NCBI GenBank assembly: GCA_041659505.1
Contig: JBAZYF010000001.1
Coordinates: 566,712-630,711, forward strand
From: Parcubacteria group bacterium
GTDB lineage: Bacteria; Patescibacteriota; Minisyncoccia; Moranbacterales; UBA2206
Reading direction: 5' to 3'
Length of the DNA: 64,000 bases
Of the stretch, positions 31,099-41,104 are shown in pieces. The position numbers and the translations under genes were made by a program. Each line of letters begins with the position of its first letter. The first letter of the stretch is position 1. The notes below the pieces were generated by a model. The model searched no databases. It worked only from the letters and a program-made list of their open reading frames with translations, and was not told the DNA's origin.

Positions 31099-31248
31099 AT
31101 GAAAAAAGCAAAAGAAGTGTGCAAATGCCCTGATTGTGTGAAGCGGGCGACAATGGACGCGGAAAACGAACTGATGAATTTCGCCATCCTTCTGGCTCTG
31201 ATGCCAGCGCTGACCATCACCTTTTTGAGTAATGCCGGTTTTTTCTAA
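31099..31248 (+). CDS. 49-aa small membrane protein (not in ORF track)
   Basis: MKKAKEVCKCPDCVKRATMDAENELMNFAILLALMPALTITFLSNAGFF; promoter TTGACT-17-TATACT at 30967. Confidence 0.6.
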   Translation: MKKAKEVCKCPDCVKRATMDAENELMNFAILLALMPALTITFLSNAGFF

Positions 31249-31262
31249 AAACCGCAATTTTA

Positions 31263-31440
31263 GGAGTTGCGCGTTTCACCTCACAGTCGTATTTTCTAAA
31301 AAAATAACTCGAACGCTCTTTTTTCTTTTCAAAATTTTCCCTCTATCAACGGCAACCAATGGAAAATTTTGAAGAAAAAAGGCATTCTCAGGCAGGATTT
31401 TTTTAGAAAATACGACTGACTCGGGTAAACGCGCAAATCC
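31263..31440. other. 178-nt rod-like inverted repeat (6S-RNA-like or MITE)
   Basis: 10-bp and 22-bp perfect stems, central internal loop, ~21-bp terminal stem with 20-nt loop. Confidence 0.6.
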
Positions 31441-31541
31441 TGTTTATAATTAAGCAGCCTTCTAAAAGGGGCTCGCCCCGTTATCGCGTAGCGATTTTAC
31501 GGGGTTTTATATTTTAGGAATTTGTGCTAAACTATGACCAT

Positions 31542-33944
31542 ATGGGACGAAAAAAAAAGCTACAAAAAGAAAATAGCGCGAACAATAAAAACCAGGATTC
31601 GTATGAGTCTGACGGAACGGCGAAAAACAAATTGGATTTTTCGCTTTCGAGAGATGTCAAAAGAAATGTGGCCGGAGTGATTCTTTTCACTTTGGCGCTT
31701 TTGACTGCCTTGGGTTTTTTTGGCTATGCCGGGGTGGCCGGAGATTTTTTGAATAAAATAGTTGGTCAAGCGATCGGTTGGACGAAATTTATTTTTCCGA
31801 TTTTTCTTGTCTTAGCTGGTATCATTTTATTTTTTCGCAAAGAAACAATTTTTTATGTAACAAAGTTAATTGGCCTCGCAGTGGTATTTTTGAGCATTAC
31901 GGGACTATTCCACTGGTTTTTTGCCGCTTCCAAGATGCAAAAAATGGCCGAGGCCGGAAAAGGTGGTGGCTATCTTGGCTACGCCGTGGCTTATGGTTCG
32001 ATCAAATATTTGGGCAATGCGGGAAGTTTGGTGGTCATTTTAGCCCTTTTGCTTTTGGGTGTGATTATTGCTTTTGAATTTTCGATCGTTAATTTCATTG
32101 AGCGATTCAGGAGAGAAAAAAATGATCAAGAAAGTAGCGAGCTTGATGATGCTGTCGATGATGCTTTGCCGCTGGAGTCGGAGCAGATTTTTCCAGTGGA
32201 GGAGGAAAGAGATGCTGATGTGCTATTGATGCAAAAAGAAAAAGAAGCTTTGGCAAAAGAAAATATTGCCAAGATTAAATTTGTCGAAGGGCGGGATCAG
32301 TTCGTCTCTTCCGAACTTAATAAGAATGAAGATGATGTGGAAGATGGACTTTTTTTACATAAAAGTATGGCGGCGGGAGCTGCCCATGGAGCGGGAAGAA
32401 AATCGAAAGCAAAGTGGAAATTTCCACCGGTGGATATCTTAGAAAAAGCTTCTGGCGTGGCTAAGGGCGGTGATGTTGATCTGAACGCGCAACTGATCGA
32501 GGATGCCCTGCGCAATTTTGGAATTGAAGTGGAACGGGGAGAAATCAAGACTGGACCATCCGTGACGCAATACAGTTTCCGTCCGGCAGTTGGAGTGAAA
32601 ATTGCTAAGATTTTGGCTTTGCAAAATGATCTTTCGCTGGCCTTGGCTGCTCCGATCCGGATCGAGGCGCCGATTCCGGGAAAATCGATGATTGGAATCG
32701 AAGTGCCGAACAAGAGCTCTTCCTTGGTGCGCTTGCGGTCAATTTTGGAGAGCAAAGATTTTAAGAATCGCAAATCCAATTTGACGATCGTGATCGGAGA
32801 GGATGTGAGTGGCAACTATATTTTTGGCAGTCTGGACAAGATGCCCCATCTGATGGTTGCGGGAGCGACCGGAACAGGAAAGTCGGTTTGCGTCAATTCG
32901 ATCATCACGATGCTGCTCTATCAAAATTCTCCCGAAGAGTTGCAGTTTATTATGGTTGATCCAAAACGGGTTGAATTGTCACTCTACAACGGCATCGGAC
33001 ATCTTTTGACGCCGGTGATTGTGGAAAATTCCAAAGTGGTCAATGCGCTGAGATGGGCGGTGTCCGAGATGGAAAAACGCTATAAGTTATTTCAGGAAGT
33101 TGGAGTGCGTGACATCATTTCCTATAAAGAAAAAATCAAAAATGGTGAAACAAGAAAATTGGTCGACTCAGAAACTGGTGAAGTAAGTGAGGAAGATTTG
33201 AAAAATATTCCCTATATCGTAATTGTCGTGGATGAACTGGCTGATCTGATGGGCAGTCATGGGAAAGAAGTGGAAGGCGCGATTGTGCGAATTGCGCAGA
33301 TGGCGCGGGCTGTGGGCATCCATTTGATCGTTTCCACCCAGCGTCCGTCTGTCGAGGTCATCACTGGTCTCATCAAAGCGAACATCACCACCAGAATTTC
33401 TTTCCAAGTGGCAACCCAGATCGATTCGCGCACAATCTTGGATATGGCGGGCGCGGAAAAACTTTTGGGCAAGGGCGATTGCCTCTATCTCAGTGCCAAC
33501 TCTCCCAAGCCGCAACGGATCCAGGGTGTCTTTGTGACAGAAAAAGAGGTGAAGGAAATTGTTAAATTTATCAAAGACGAGAATAAGCGTGACATCGTCG
33601 AGGAGGAAAAAGCGTCTGAAATCACTTCCGGCGGAGCTAGTTCTCCCGCCCAGGAACTGGACAATTTCAACGGGTTTAATGATGAGAATAATGATGAGCT
33701 CTACGAAGCGGCGAAAAAAGAAATAATGCAGTCTAAAAAAGCTTCTGCTTCATTTTTGCAGCGGCGTTTGCGCGTGGGATATGCCAGAGCGGCAAGACTT
33801 CTTGATATCCTGGAAGAAAAAGGCGTAGTTGGACCGGCTGACGGAGCAAAAGCGCGTGAAATCTATGGTCTTCCCGAAGAAGCCGGAACGGTCTATAATG
33901 ATGATAATGCTGATCAACAGAAGCGGGATAAGTGGGAGATGTAA
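31542..33944 (+). CDS. ftsK: DNA translocase FtsK/SpoIIIE
   Basis: N-terminal TM domain, GATGTGKS, VDELADLM, STQRPS, gamma domain LQRRLRVGYARAARL. Confidence 0.97.
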   Translation: MGRKKKLQKENSANNKNQDSYESDGTAKNKLDFSLSRDVKRNVAGVILFTLALLTALGFFGYAGVAGDFLNKIVGQAIGWTKFIFPIFLVLAGIILFFRKETIFYVTKLIGLAVVFLSITGLFHWFFAASKMQKMAEAGKGGGYLGYAVAYGSIKYLGNAGSLVVILALLLLGVIIAFEFSIVNFIERFRREKNDQESSELDDAVDDALPLESEQIFPVEEERDADVLLMQKEKEALAKENIAKIKFVEGRDQFVSSELNKNEDDVEDGLFLHKSMAAGAAHGAGRKSKAKWKFPPVDILEKASGVAKGGDVDLNAQLIEDALRNFGIEVERGEIKTGPSVTQYSFRPAVGVKIAKILALQNDLSLALAAPIRIEAPIPGKSMIGIEVPNKSSSLVRLRSILESKDFKNRKSNLTIVIGEDVSGNYIFGSLDKMPHLMVAGATGTGKSVCVNSIITMLLYQNSPEELQFIMVDPKRVELSLYNGIGHLLTPVIVENSKVVNALRWAVSEMEKRYKLFQEVGVRDIISYKEKIKNGETRKLVDSETGEVSEEDLKNIPYIVIVVDELADLMGSHGKEVEGAIVRIAQMARAVGIHLIVSTQRPSVEVITGLIKANITTRISFQVATQIDSRTILDMAGAEKLLGKGDCLYLSANSPKPQRIQGVFVTEKEVKEIVKFIKDENKRDIVEEEKASEITSGGASSPAQELDNFNGFNDENNDELYEAAKKEIMQSKKASASFLQRRLRVGYARAARLLDILEEKGVVGPADGAKAREIYGLPEEAGTVYNDDNADQQKRDKWEM

Positions 33945-34015
33945 AAATATTTTGAGGTCACGATTTGTGACCTCAAAACAGAGATGTTATTGCATATTGC
34001 GCCTCAGGCGCTTTT

Positions 34016-34816
34016 TTATTTCCCTATGTTGGAATATCCAAGATAGCTCTTGCGGTCTTTTTCGACCAAGTCCCAGATCATTTCAAAGAGTTGGCGAAAA
34101 ATGGTTGCCATATCAGCGTTTCTGAAGATGACCCCAAAAAGATATCTTTGTGAAACAATTGCGACAGAATCATCTAAGATCATTATTTCCAAGTTGCTAT
34201 TATATTTATCAATCCTGATGGCTTTGACATTTATATTATACTTTTCAAGCACTTCGTTATTTAGATATTTTTCGATTATTTTAGGATGGAAGGATGTGAG
34301 GGCTCTTCTTTTGATTTTGTATTTTTCATGAGCTGAGTTTACTTCTAGAAAATAATCCAGAACTTCTTTGCTGGCGTCTACTTCATTGCCGAAAAAGCCG
34401 ACATATTTTCTTTCTGCTTGGTTTTTTTCGCGCATAGTATTTATGACGAAGCCATATATTTGTTTTAGTCCGGAAAGTCCTTCGTAGTAGGCCACGCTGA
34501 CTTTTTTGCCCCGTTCTTTTTTGACTGCCAATAGCTCTGGCAGTGCTCTTTTGGCCCACAGCATCCGCTCGTCCACAATTCGCCAGATATGCTCCGGTGT
34601 TTCCGCTTCGAACAGCAGTTTTTTTGCTCGCGGGATTTTGCGCACCATCCCTTTTTCTTGTAATTGTTCCAAAATAACATAGGTTGTGGGCTTTTTCAGT
34701 CCGCTTTTATTGGCGACGTTATAGGCAGTGGTCAGTCCCAATTGCAAAAGCGCCAAATAGACTTTGGCTTCTTTGTCGTTTAAACCCCAGTTTTTGACGG
34801 CTTCGATAAGATTCAT
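34016..34816 (-). CDS. TrmB-family transcriptional regulator
   Basis: GLNDKEAKVYLALLQLG..SGLKKPTTY, YYEGLSG. Confidence 0.9.
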   Translation of the reverse strand: MNLIEAVKNWGLNDKEAKVYLALLQLGLTTAYNVANKSGLKKPTTYVILEQLQEKGMVRKIPRAKKLLFEAETPEHIWRIVDERMLWAKRALPELLAVKKERGKKVSVAYYEGLSGLKQIYGFVINTMREKNQAERKYVGFFGNEVDASKEVLDYFLEVNSAHEKYKIKRRALTSFHPKIIEKYLNNEVLEKYNINVKAIRIDKYNSNLEIMILDDSVAIVSQRYLFGVIFRNADMATIFRQLFEMIWDLVEKDRKSYLGYSNIGK

Positions 34817-34824
34817 AATGTTAT

Positions 34825-34851
34825 GTCATTCCCGCGGAGGCGGGAATCTAG
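34825..34851. repeat. palindromic element ATTCCC-N8-GGGAAT
   Basis: GTCATTCCCGCGGAGGCGGGAATCTAG. Confidence 0.7.
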
Positions 34852-35115
34852 TGTAGAAACCAACATTAACGCACTTGGCTGTATACCAGCAAAAGTTATC
34901 TTAGCATAAAGAAAAAAATTAGTCAATATTTTTGATGATAATATATATGAATAGGCTAATTGTGGCTAATAAAAAGCACAATAAGACTATATAAAAATTT
35001 GATATTCATTGACTATTATATACTTTTACGCTATAGTGGCTTGTTAGGCTGAAATTTTGAACCATTTAAAATCAGACTTTGACGGAGCTCTTTAAAAATC
35101 TAAAAAGGAGGCTGT

Positions 35116-35547
35116 ATGGTTAAAAAATCGAAGATGCAAACACAAAAGGACAAAGCCCGGGAAATTACTGGTTATCTGGTGGAATTTCTAGAAGATAACG
35201 GGATTGAATATTTTGGAGAATTTAGTGAGAAGGTTAGAAAACACTATAAACCGTTTTTTAAACCAGCGGTTCTAATGCTACTTGAAAAAAGAATCAGATG
35301 TGGAGATTTTCTGGATAATGTTATTGATAGTTTTTTTGATCTTGATGATTTTGTCGTAGCGGTGATTTCAGGAAGAAATGGCGATTTTATGGGTAGTATT
35401 GAAGATTTCTTGGCTGTTTGGTTAAAATCTGGCGAGGGTTTAGTAATGAGCGGAAACGGTTTTGCAAAAGAAGAAATGATGGTGATTCTTAAAAAATATT
35501 GGAAAAAAATCAGACTCGAAGCGGAATTACTAGAAATATCAACGTAG
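35116..35547 (+). CDS. hypothetical protein
   Basis: AAGGAGG SD; divergent from TrmB. Confidence 0.6.
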   Translation: MVKKSKMQTQKDKAREITGYLVEFLEDNGIEYFGEFSEKVRKHYKPFFKPAVLMLLEKRIRCGDFLDNVIDSFFDLDDFVVAVISGRNGDFMGSIEDFLAVWLKSGEGLVMSGNGFAKEEMMVILKKYWKKIRLEAELLEIST

Positions 35548-35593
35548 TAGAAAATATCCATGCCATGACTTTAAAAACTGAAAAGGAGGACTA

Positions 35594-35866
35594 GTGATGA
35601 TTTTAGCTTGTATTTGTGGAGAAAAATTTTCGGAAAGAGAGGAAATCGTCGTCTGTCGTAAATGCAGAAAGAGGTTTTCTCAGAAAGAAGAACATTACCA
35701 GGAAGTAATCGCCTTAATAGATCCGCTTAAACTTTGCAAATCTGGTAAGAGCAGGCTTGTAGGTGTTCCACTTGAAATGGACAATGTTTTTATAAAAAGC
35801 TCATGTCCGAATTGTGGATTCCACAACCAAAACAGAGGCGATCTTTTCTTTAAGCATTTCAGCTAG
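35594..35866 (+). CDS. hypothetical Zn-ribbon protein
   Basis: CIC, CRKC, CPNC motifs; AAGGAGG SD; terminator at about 35890-35930. Confidence 0.6.
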   Translation: MMILACICGEKFSEREEIVVCRKCRKRFSQKEEHYQEVIALIDPLKLCKSGKSRLVGVPLEMDNVFIKSSCPNCGFHNQNRGDLFFKHFS

Positions 35867-35959
35867 TAAAAATTACTCAGAAGCAATAGCAAGGGAAAAG
35901 GGAATCACTCATCGCAGTGGTTCCCTTTTTAAATTTTTTGATAATTGTTACTAATCAAA

Positions 35960-35984
35960 AGACGCCCCAGCGGGGCGTCTCTAC
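35960..35984. repeat. single GTAG-type REP
   Basis: AGACGCCCCAGCGGGGCGTCTCTAC, identical to 19419-19443. Confidence 0.85.
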
Positions 35985-36117
35985 ATCTTGCTGGGGGAAT
36001 GCAAATAGGCTATACTTGAAATAATCGAAAAACAAAAATCAAAACAAAAATACGAAATAAATTAGGCCTAAATTAAAATGATGAAGGTTGTTTTTTTGTA
36101 ATTTCGTAGTAATTTGT

Positions 36118-36152
36118 CCGCCTGCAACGCTATGCGTAGCATTGCGGGCAGG
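36118..36152. repeat. palindromic insertion element (copy 1)
   Basis: CCGCCTGCAACGCTATGCGTAGCATTGCGGGCAGG; near-identical to 41049-41084. Confidence 0.85.
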
Positions 36153-36166
36153 TATTTTTGTAGTGT

Positions 36167-37177
36167 ATGACAAATGGCTTTACAAAAAGAAAAGTTGGGA
36201 CGCTGACTTTGGGCGAGAAGCTCAAAAAGTTACGCTCGGACAAGCGGATCGCGCTCAATGAAGTTTCGCGCGTGACCAGGATCCGGGTGGAATATTTGCA
36301 ATGCCTGGAAGATGGAAAATATGATGAGTTGCCGGCGGATGTTTATGTGCGGGGATTTCTCAAGAGCTACGGAGATTTTTTGGGGGTGGATGATCAGCAA
36401 CTTGTTCGACTGTTTGAAAAAGAAAAGGGCATCAAGAAAAATCTGGAAAAAAGCAAAAATCCCAAAAAGATCGATACGAAGAAAAAATCGCTCAACATCT
36501 CCGCGTTCATTTTCACGCCTAAAAAAATCATTTTATTTTTTGTTGCCATCCTTGTGCTTGGCGCGTTTTTTTATCTTTACCATGAAGCCGGGTCATTGAC
36601 TGACACGCCACGCCTGATCATCCTTAGTCCTGAATCAAATTCTCAGATTGATGGAAATTCTGTTTCTTTAGAAGGAAAAACGGATAAGGATGCGCAGATA
36701 TTTGTTAATGATCAGGCAGTCTTGGTCGACGATGAAGGGAAGTTTAGAGAAAATATTTCCTTGCAACAAGGAATTAATGTTATCCGCGTCAAGGCAGTGA
36801 ATAAATTTCAAAAGGAAACCGGAGAAAATGTGACTGTACAGGCTAAATATGCGGATGACTCAGCAGTGGCAATGAGTGATAATCCCGCGGCGGAGAATAT
36901 GACCGATCAAAATGCTCCGTCGCGGGAGAGTGATGCTGTGCAGATCGAACTGACGGTTGATCCTGGTCCGGTCTGGGTCAGCGTCGAAGCGGATGGCAAT
37001 TTGGTCTTTAGTGGGACGGTCTTGGCTGGCGCCGTGCAAAAATTCAGCGCCCATGATAAGATTACGATTGGATCTGGACAAGCTAATGCAACATTCGTTA
37101 AGCTTAATGGTGAGGATCGGGGAGCTCTGGGAAAAGAAAAGGGAGCGATTAAGGGAGTGGTTTTTGCTAAAAACTAA
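36167..37177 (+). CDS. RodZ-like protein (HTH, TM, Ig-like, DUF4115-like)
   Basis: LGEKLKKLR..LEDGKYDELPADVYVRGFLKSYG; WVSVEADG; ftsK-rodZ-recA synteny. Confidence 0.85.
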   Translation: MTNGFTKRKVGTLTLGEKLKKLRSDKRIALNEVSRVTRIRVEYLQCLEDGKYDELPADVYVRGFLKSYGDFLGVDDQQLVRLFEKEKGIKKNLEKSKNPKKIDTKKKSLNISAFIFTPKKIILFFVAILVLGAFFYLYHEAGSLTDTPRLIILSPESNSQIDGNSVSLEGKTDKDAQIFVNDQAVLVDDEGKFRENISLQQGINVIRVKAVNKFQKETGENVTVQAKYADDSAVAMSDNPAAENMTDQNAPSRESDAVQIELTVDPGPVWVSVEADGNLVFSGTVLAGAVQKFSAHDKITIGSGQANATFVKLNGEDRGALGKEKGAIKGVVFAKN

Positions 37178-37223
37178 AAAGCATGGTAAACTATCACTAG
37201 CTCCTACGAAAGTATAAATAAGT

Positions 37224-37455
37224 GCCTGTCTGTCGGTAGGTAGGGATGTAACGAGCACGTGACAGGTGAGGCTATGAAATAGTTTTCTTCGATTTCTCTT
37301 CTCCCCTCGGGAGAGGATGTCACGAGCACGTGACAGGTGAGGGCAAGGGTTGCAGATTAAGATTAATCTAAGCTAATTTAGTTTTATCTCACTGTAACGC
37401 CCTTTCCCTCATCCGGCCTTCGGCCACCTTCTCCCTAAGGGCGAAGGGGATATAA
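37224..37455. repeat. cluster of REP-like elements
   Basis: GCCTGTCTGTCGGTAGGTAGG; GGATGTCACGAGCACGTGACAGGTGAGG (two copies); CCCTCATCCGGCCTTCGGCCACCTTCTCCCTAAGGGCGAAGGGG. Confidence 0.85.
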
Positions 37456-37512
37456 ATATATTTTTAGGTAATGCATGGTGCAAGCAATTAATAATATTAA
37501 TAAAAAACCATT

Positions 37513-38571
37513 ATGAAAGACGAAGAAAAAAAGGAGGGGAAAAACCTACCTACCGGACAGGCAGGCAAAGAGCAAGAAAAAGGGGTGGACAATGTTGTTT
37601 CGGAAATTCGGGAGAAATTTGGGGAAGGTGTGATTATGAAATTGGGGGATATTAAACACGTCGATGTAGCCTCGATTCCGACCGGTTCGATTTCATTGGA
37701 TCTAGCCTTGGGCATTGGTGGAATTCCGCGCGGTCGCGTGGTGGAAGTCTATGGGCCGGAATCTTCCGGAAAAACCACTTTGACTTTGCATATTATTGCC
37801 AACACCCAAAAAGCCGGCGGAGTGGCGGCGTTTATCGATGCGGAGCATGCACTCGATCCAGAATATGCGCGCAGGATCGGTGTAAACATTAATGATCTTT
37901 TGATTTCTCAGCCGGACAATGGTGAGCAAGCGCTGGACATTGTGGACGCCTTGGTCAATTCGGGAGCGATCAATATGATTGTCGTGGACAGTGTGGCGGC
38001 GCTGGTGCCGAAAGCAGAAATTGAAGGTGATATGGGTGATCAGCATATGGGACGCCAGGCGCGCTTGATGTCACAGGCCCTGCGGAAACTAACAGCGATT
38101 ATTTCCCGCTCAAATTGCACCGTGATTTTTATCAACCAGATCCGGATGAAAATTGGTGTGGTATTTGGCAATCCGGAAACGACGACCGGTGGAAACGCGC
38201 TGAAATTTTATTCTTCCGTGCGGGTGGAAGTGAGACGTTCGGCGCAGATCAAAAAGGGCGAGGAGATTGTAGGCAATCGGACAAAGGTCAAGATTGTGAA
38301 AAACAAAGTGGCGCCACCATTCCGCACAGCTGAATTTGACATTATGTATAATGAAGGGATTTCGGCTGCGGGCGACGTGCTTGACACGGGTGTGAAATAT
38401 GAAGTAATCACCAAAAAAGGCAATTCCTATTCTTTTGGCGAAGTGAAATTGGGCGTCGGTCGCGAACCGGCTAAGGCCTTTTTGAAAGCTGATCAGAAGA
38501 TGCAAGCGGAAGTCGTAAAGGGGATTATGAAAAAAGTGGCAGAATTGGAGGAGATTGCGAATAAGGAATAG
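37513..38571 (+). CDS. recA: recombinase RecA
   Basis: [34 protein letters not shown]. Confidence 0.99.
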   Translation: MKDEEKKEGKNLPTGQAGKEQEKGVDNVVSEIREKFGEGVIMKLGDIKHVDVASIPTGSISLDLALGIGGIPRGRVVEVYGPESSGKTTLTLHIIANTQKAGGVAAFIDAEHALDPEYARRIGVNINDLLISQPDNGEQALDIVDALVNSGAINMIVVDSVAALVPKAEIEGDMGDQHMGRQARLMSQALRKLTAIISRSNCTVIFINQIRMKIGVVFGNPETTTGGNALKFYSSVRVEVRRSAQIKKGEEIVGNRTKVKIVKNKVAPPFRTAEFDIMYNEGISAAGDVLDTGVKYEVITKKGNSYSFGEVKLGVGREPAKAFLKADQKMQAEVVKGIMKKVAELEEIANKE

Positions 38572-38647
38572 GAGGAAAAATTTTCAATGAATTTTAATTT
38601 GCTAAAAGACAAATTAGTTTAATAATTTTTAATTTTAAAAAGTAATT

Positions 38648-39265
38648 ATGGACACAACACATCCAAGCAAAGAAAGAACGCTGGTTATTATAAAGCCGGA
38701 CGGAGTGCAGAGGACGTTAATTGGAGAGATTATCAAGCGTTATGAGCAAGTGGGACTCAAAATGATTGCTCTTAAAATGACCATCCCAACTGAGGATATG
38801 GCCACAAAACATTACTATGAAGTGGGCGGGGATGCGTGGCTGGAGGAAGTGGGCAGAAAAGCAGCTGCTTCTTATGAGAAAAAAGGTTTGAAATCTCCCT
38901 TTGCTACATTCAAAGAAAATGGTATCGCAATTATGAAAGCCAATGCTAAATATCTTAGCTCTGGACCGGTGGTTGCAATGATTTGGGAAGGTAATCAGGC
39001 TGTGGCGCTTGTACGAAAAATAACCGGAGGAACGGAGCCATTGTCTTCGGATATGGGAACTATTCGCGGAGATTTTACTTTGGATACTTATCAAATGGCA
39101 GATTTTGATCAAAGAAGTATCAGGAATTTAATTCATGCCTCTGGATTGACAGAGGAGGCGGAAAAAGAAATTCCAATTTGGTTTTCTGAAAATGAAATAT
39201 TGAAGTATCGCTTAATTCAAGATGAAATTCTTTATGATGTGAATTTGGATGGGATTTTGGAATAA
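38648..39265 (+). CDS. ndk: nucleoside diphosphate kinase
   Basis: ERTLVIIKPDGVQR, GTIRGDF, NLIHAS. Confidence 0.95.
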   Translation: MDTTHPSKERTLVIIKPDGVQRTLIGEIIKRYEQVGLKMIALKMTIPTEDMATKHYYEVGGDAWLEEVGRKAAASYEKKGLKSPFATFKENGIAIMKANAKYLSSGPVVAMIWEGNQAVALVRKITGGTEPLSSDMGTIRGDFTLDTYQMADFDQRSIRNLIHASGLTEEAEKEIPIWFSENEILKYRLIQDEILYDVNLDGILE

Positions 39266-39307
39266 AATCCACCTCACCCTAACCCTCTCCTTGGTAAGGA
39301 GAGGGGA
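39266..39307. repeat. REP-like palindrome
   Basis: AATCCACCTCACCCTAACCCTCTCCTTGGTAAGGAGAGGGG, same family as 17084-17213. Confidence 0.8.
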
Positions 39308-39320
39308 TAAATGCGAATAA

Positions 39321-39358
39321 CAAAAAATCCTCCAAGCTTTCGCAAGGAGGATTTTTTG
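39321..39358. terminator. bidirectional terminator between ndk and rpmB
   Basis: CAAAAAATCCTCC..GGAGGATTTTTTG. Confidence 0.75.
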
Positions 39359-39376
39359 ATATTCACAAAAAAAAGC

Positions 39377-39550
39377 TTATTTTTCTTTGTTGGCAGTTTT
39401 AATGCAACGGGTGCAGATTCTGGTTTTTGTGCCATCAATCTTCTTGCTTTGCAAGTTGATTTGGAATTTTCGCAAGGTTTTGACATTGGAATGACTCACA
39501 GTGTGGCCCGTGCCGGAACCGCGGCCGCAAACTTCACATACTCGACTCAT
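39377..39550 (-). CDS. rpmB: 50S ribosomal protein L28 (Zn-binding form)
   Basis: [31 protein letters not shown]. Confidence 0.95.
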   Translation of the reverse strand: MSRVCEVCGRGSGTGHTVSHSNVKTLRKFQINLQSKKIDGTKTRICTRCIKTANKEK

Positions 39551-39626
39551 AAAATTAGGTATTAGTGGTTGATTTATTACAAGATATAAGGTAGCATAGG
39601 AATATAATTTTAGCAAGGGAACTCGT

Positions 39627-40316
39627 ATGTCTAATGAAATTGTCCTCGTTGTCTTCTATATCATCATTTTGCTTTACTCGGTCATCATCCATGAGGTTTT
39701 TCATGGCGTGATGGCGCTGTGGCTGGGGGATACTACGGCCAAATATGCCGGACGGCTGACGGCCAATCCTTTGAGCCACTTGGATTTTATCGGCTCATTT
39801 ATCGCGCCACTTTTTATGTATCTGTCTTTTGGCTTTGCTTTTGGTTGGGCGAAACCCGTGCCATATAATCCATACAATTTGAAAAATCAAAAATGGGGAC
39901 CAGCGCTGGTAGCGATGGCCGGGCCGGGGATAAATTTAGCGGTAGCGCTTGTGGCCGCGCTCATTGCCCGATTTATTGCGCTTCCTCTGCACCTCAAGAA
40001 AGATATTATCAATCATTTCAACGAATGGTCAACAGTTTCTGGGGTAATTGCCGGATCGATCAGCGCCATTTTTTATGAACTTTTGATCATTGTGGTAATC
40101 ATTAATGTTTTTTTGGCCTTTTTTAACCTCATCCCAATTCCACCATTGGACGGCTCCAAGCTTTTGTTTGCCATTTTTCCCATCAAAATCGAAACTCAAG
40201 CTATGCTCGAACAATTTGGTTTTATGCTCCTTTTGTTTTTTATTTTCTTTTTCACTTCCCCTTTGCGCATCTTTTTGGGTACAGCAATCAATGCCTTTTT
40301 GCGGGTTGCGATTTAG
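39627..40316 (+). CDS. site-2 protease (M50) family
   Basis: [26 protein letters not shown]. Confidence 0.95.
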   Translation: MSNEIVLVVFYIIILLYSVIIHEVFHGVMALWLGDTTAKYAGRLTANPLSHLDFIGSFIAPLFMYLSFGFAFGWAKPVPYNPYNLKNQKWGPALVAMAGPGINLAVALVAALIARFIALPLHLKKDIINHFNEWSTVSGVIAGSISAIFYELLIIVVIINVFLAFFNLIPIPPLDGSKLLFAIFPIKIETQAMLEQFGFMLLLFFIFFFTSPLRIFLGTAINAFLRVAI

Positions 40317-40476
40317 GGGTGGGTACAAATTGTACTGATCCTCTTGGTAGGATAAAGAAATTGCAAAAATAATAAAAATGTTTGACATTTTTTAGAAGAA
40401 CTGTTAGTTTGTAAAATCAAATTGGCGGATTAGGGGAGGATTGTTCATTGGCATTGGATAAAAAAGGAGGGAAAAT

Positions 40477-40782
40477 ATGATAGACGATCAAATGCAGGAA
40501 GAGTTAAAAACACTCCGCGACGGTTTTGCGTGGAGAGGAGCGCTTATCATTAACCTTCGCGACGAGTTGGCAAAAGTTGCTAATATGAATGAGCAATTGG
40601 CCGATATGCTCGAAGCTGTTTGCGAGGAGAGCGCGCATCTTTCCCGTAAACTGGCCGAATGTGAAGAAATGATTTCTTGGCTAAGGAGTAAAATGGAAGA
40701 AGATGGTGCCAAGTATCGTCGTGAAGTTTCGAAACTGCTTGCGGATAAATTTATGCGCGATTTTGGCTCTAGATGCAGGTAG
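40477..40782 (+). CDS. hypothetical coiled-coil protein
   Basis: AAGGAGGG SD, TTGACA promoter at 40382, hairpin at about 40813-40840. Confidence 0.6.
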   Translation: MIDDQMQEELKTLRDGFAWRGALIINLRDELAKVANMNEQLADMLEAVCEESAHLSRKLAECEEMISWLRSKMEEDGAKYRREVSKLLADKFMRDFGSRCR

Positions 40783-41047
40783 CTTTTTTTGATGTTCTGC
40801 GTTTTTTTCAATTAATCGCTGGTGCAATACACCAGCGATTACCCTAAAAAATTTGACATATCCACTACTTTCCTTTATGCTTACTCTGCTAGACAACTGG
40901 CAGTTTTTTTATTATACTCACTAGGAGTTGCGAGGATAATAAGCACTAGATATTTAAATCAAATTATTTTATTACGAGCCGCGAAATTAATGACAATGCG
41001 CTAAATTGAGCTTTAGCTGAGCTAGATTTGTACATTTCATAAATTCG

Positions 41048-41084
41048 CCCGCCTGCAACGCTATCGCGTAGCATTGCGGGCAGG
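41048..41084. repeat. palindromic insertion element (copy 2) in the rpsL leader
   Basis: 37-nt CCCGCCTGCAACGCTATCGCGTAGCATTGCGGGCAGG. Confidence 0.85.
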
Positions 41085-41104
41085 TAATTCGTAGAGAAGA
41101 ACAG

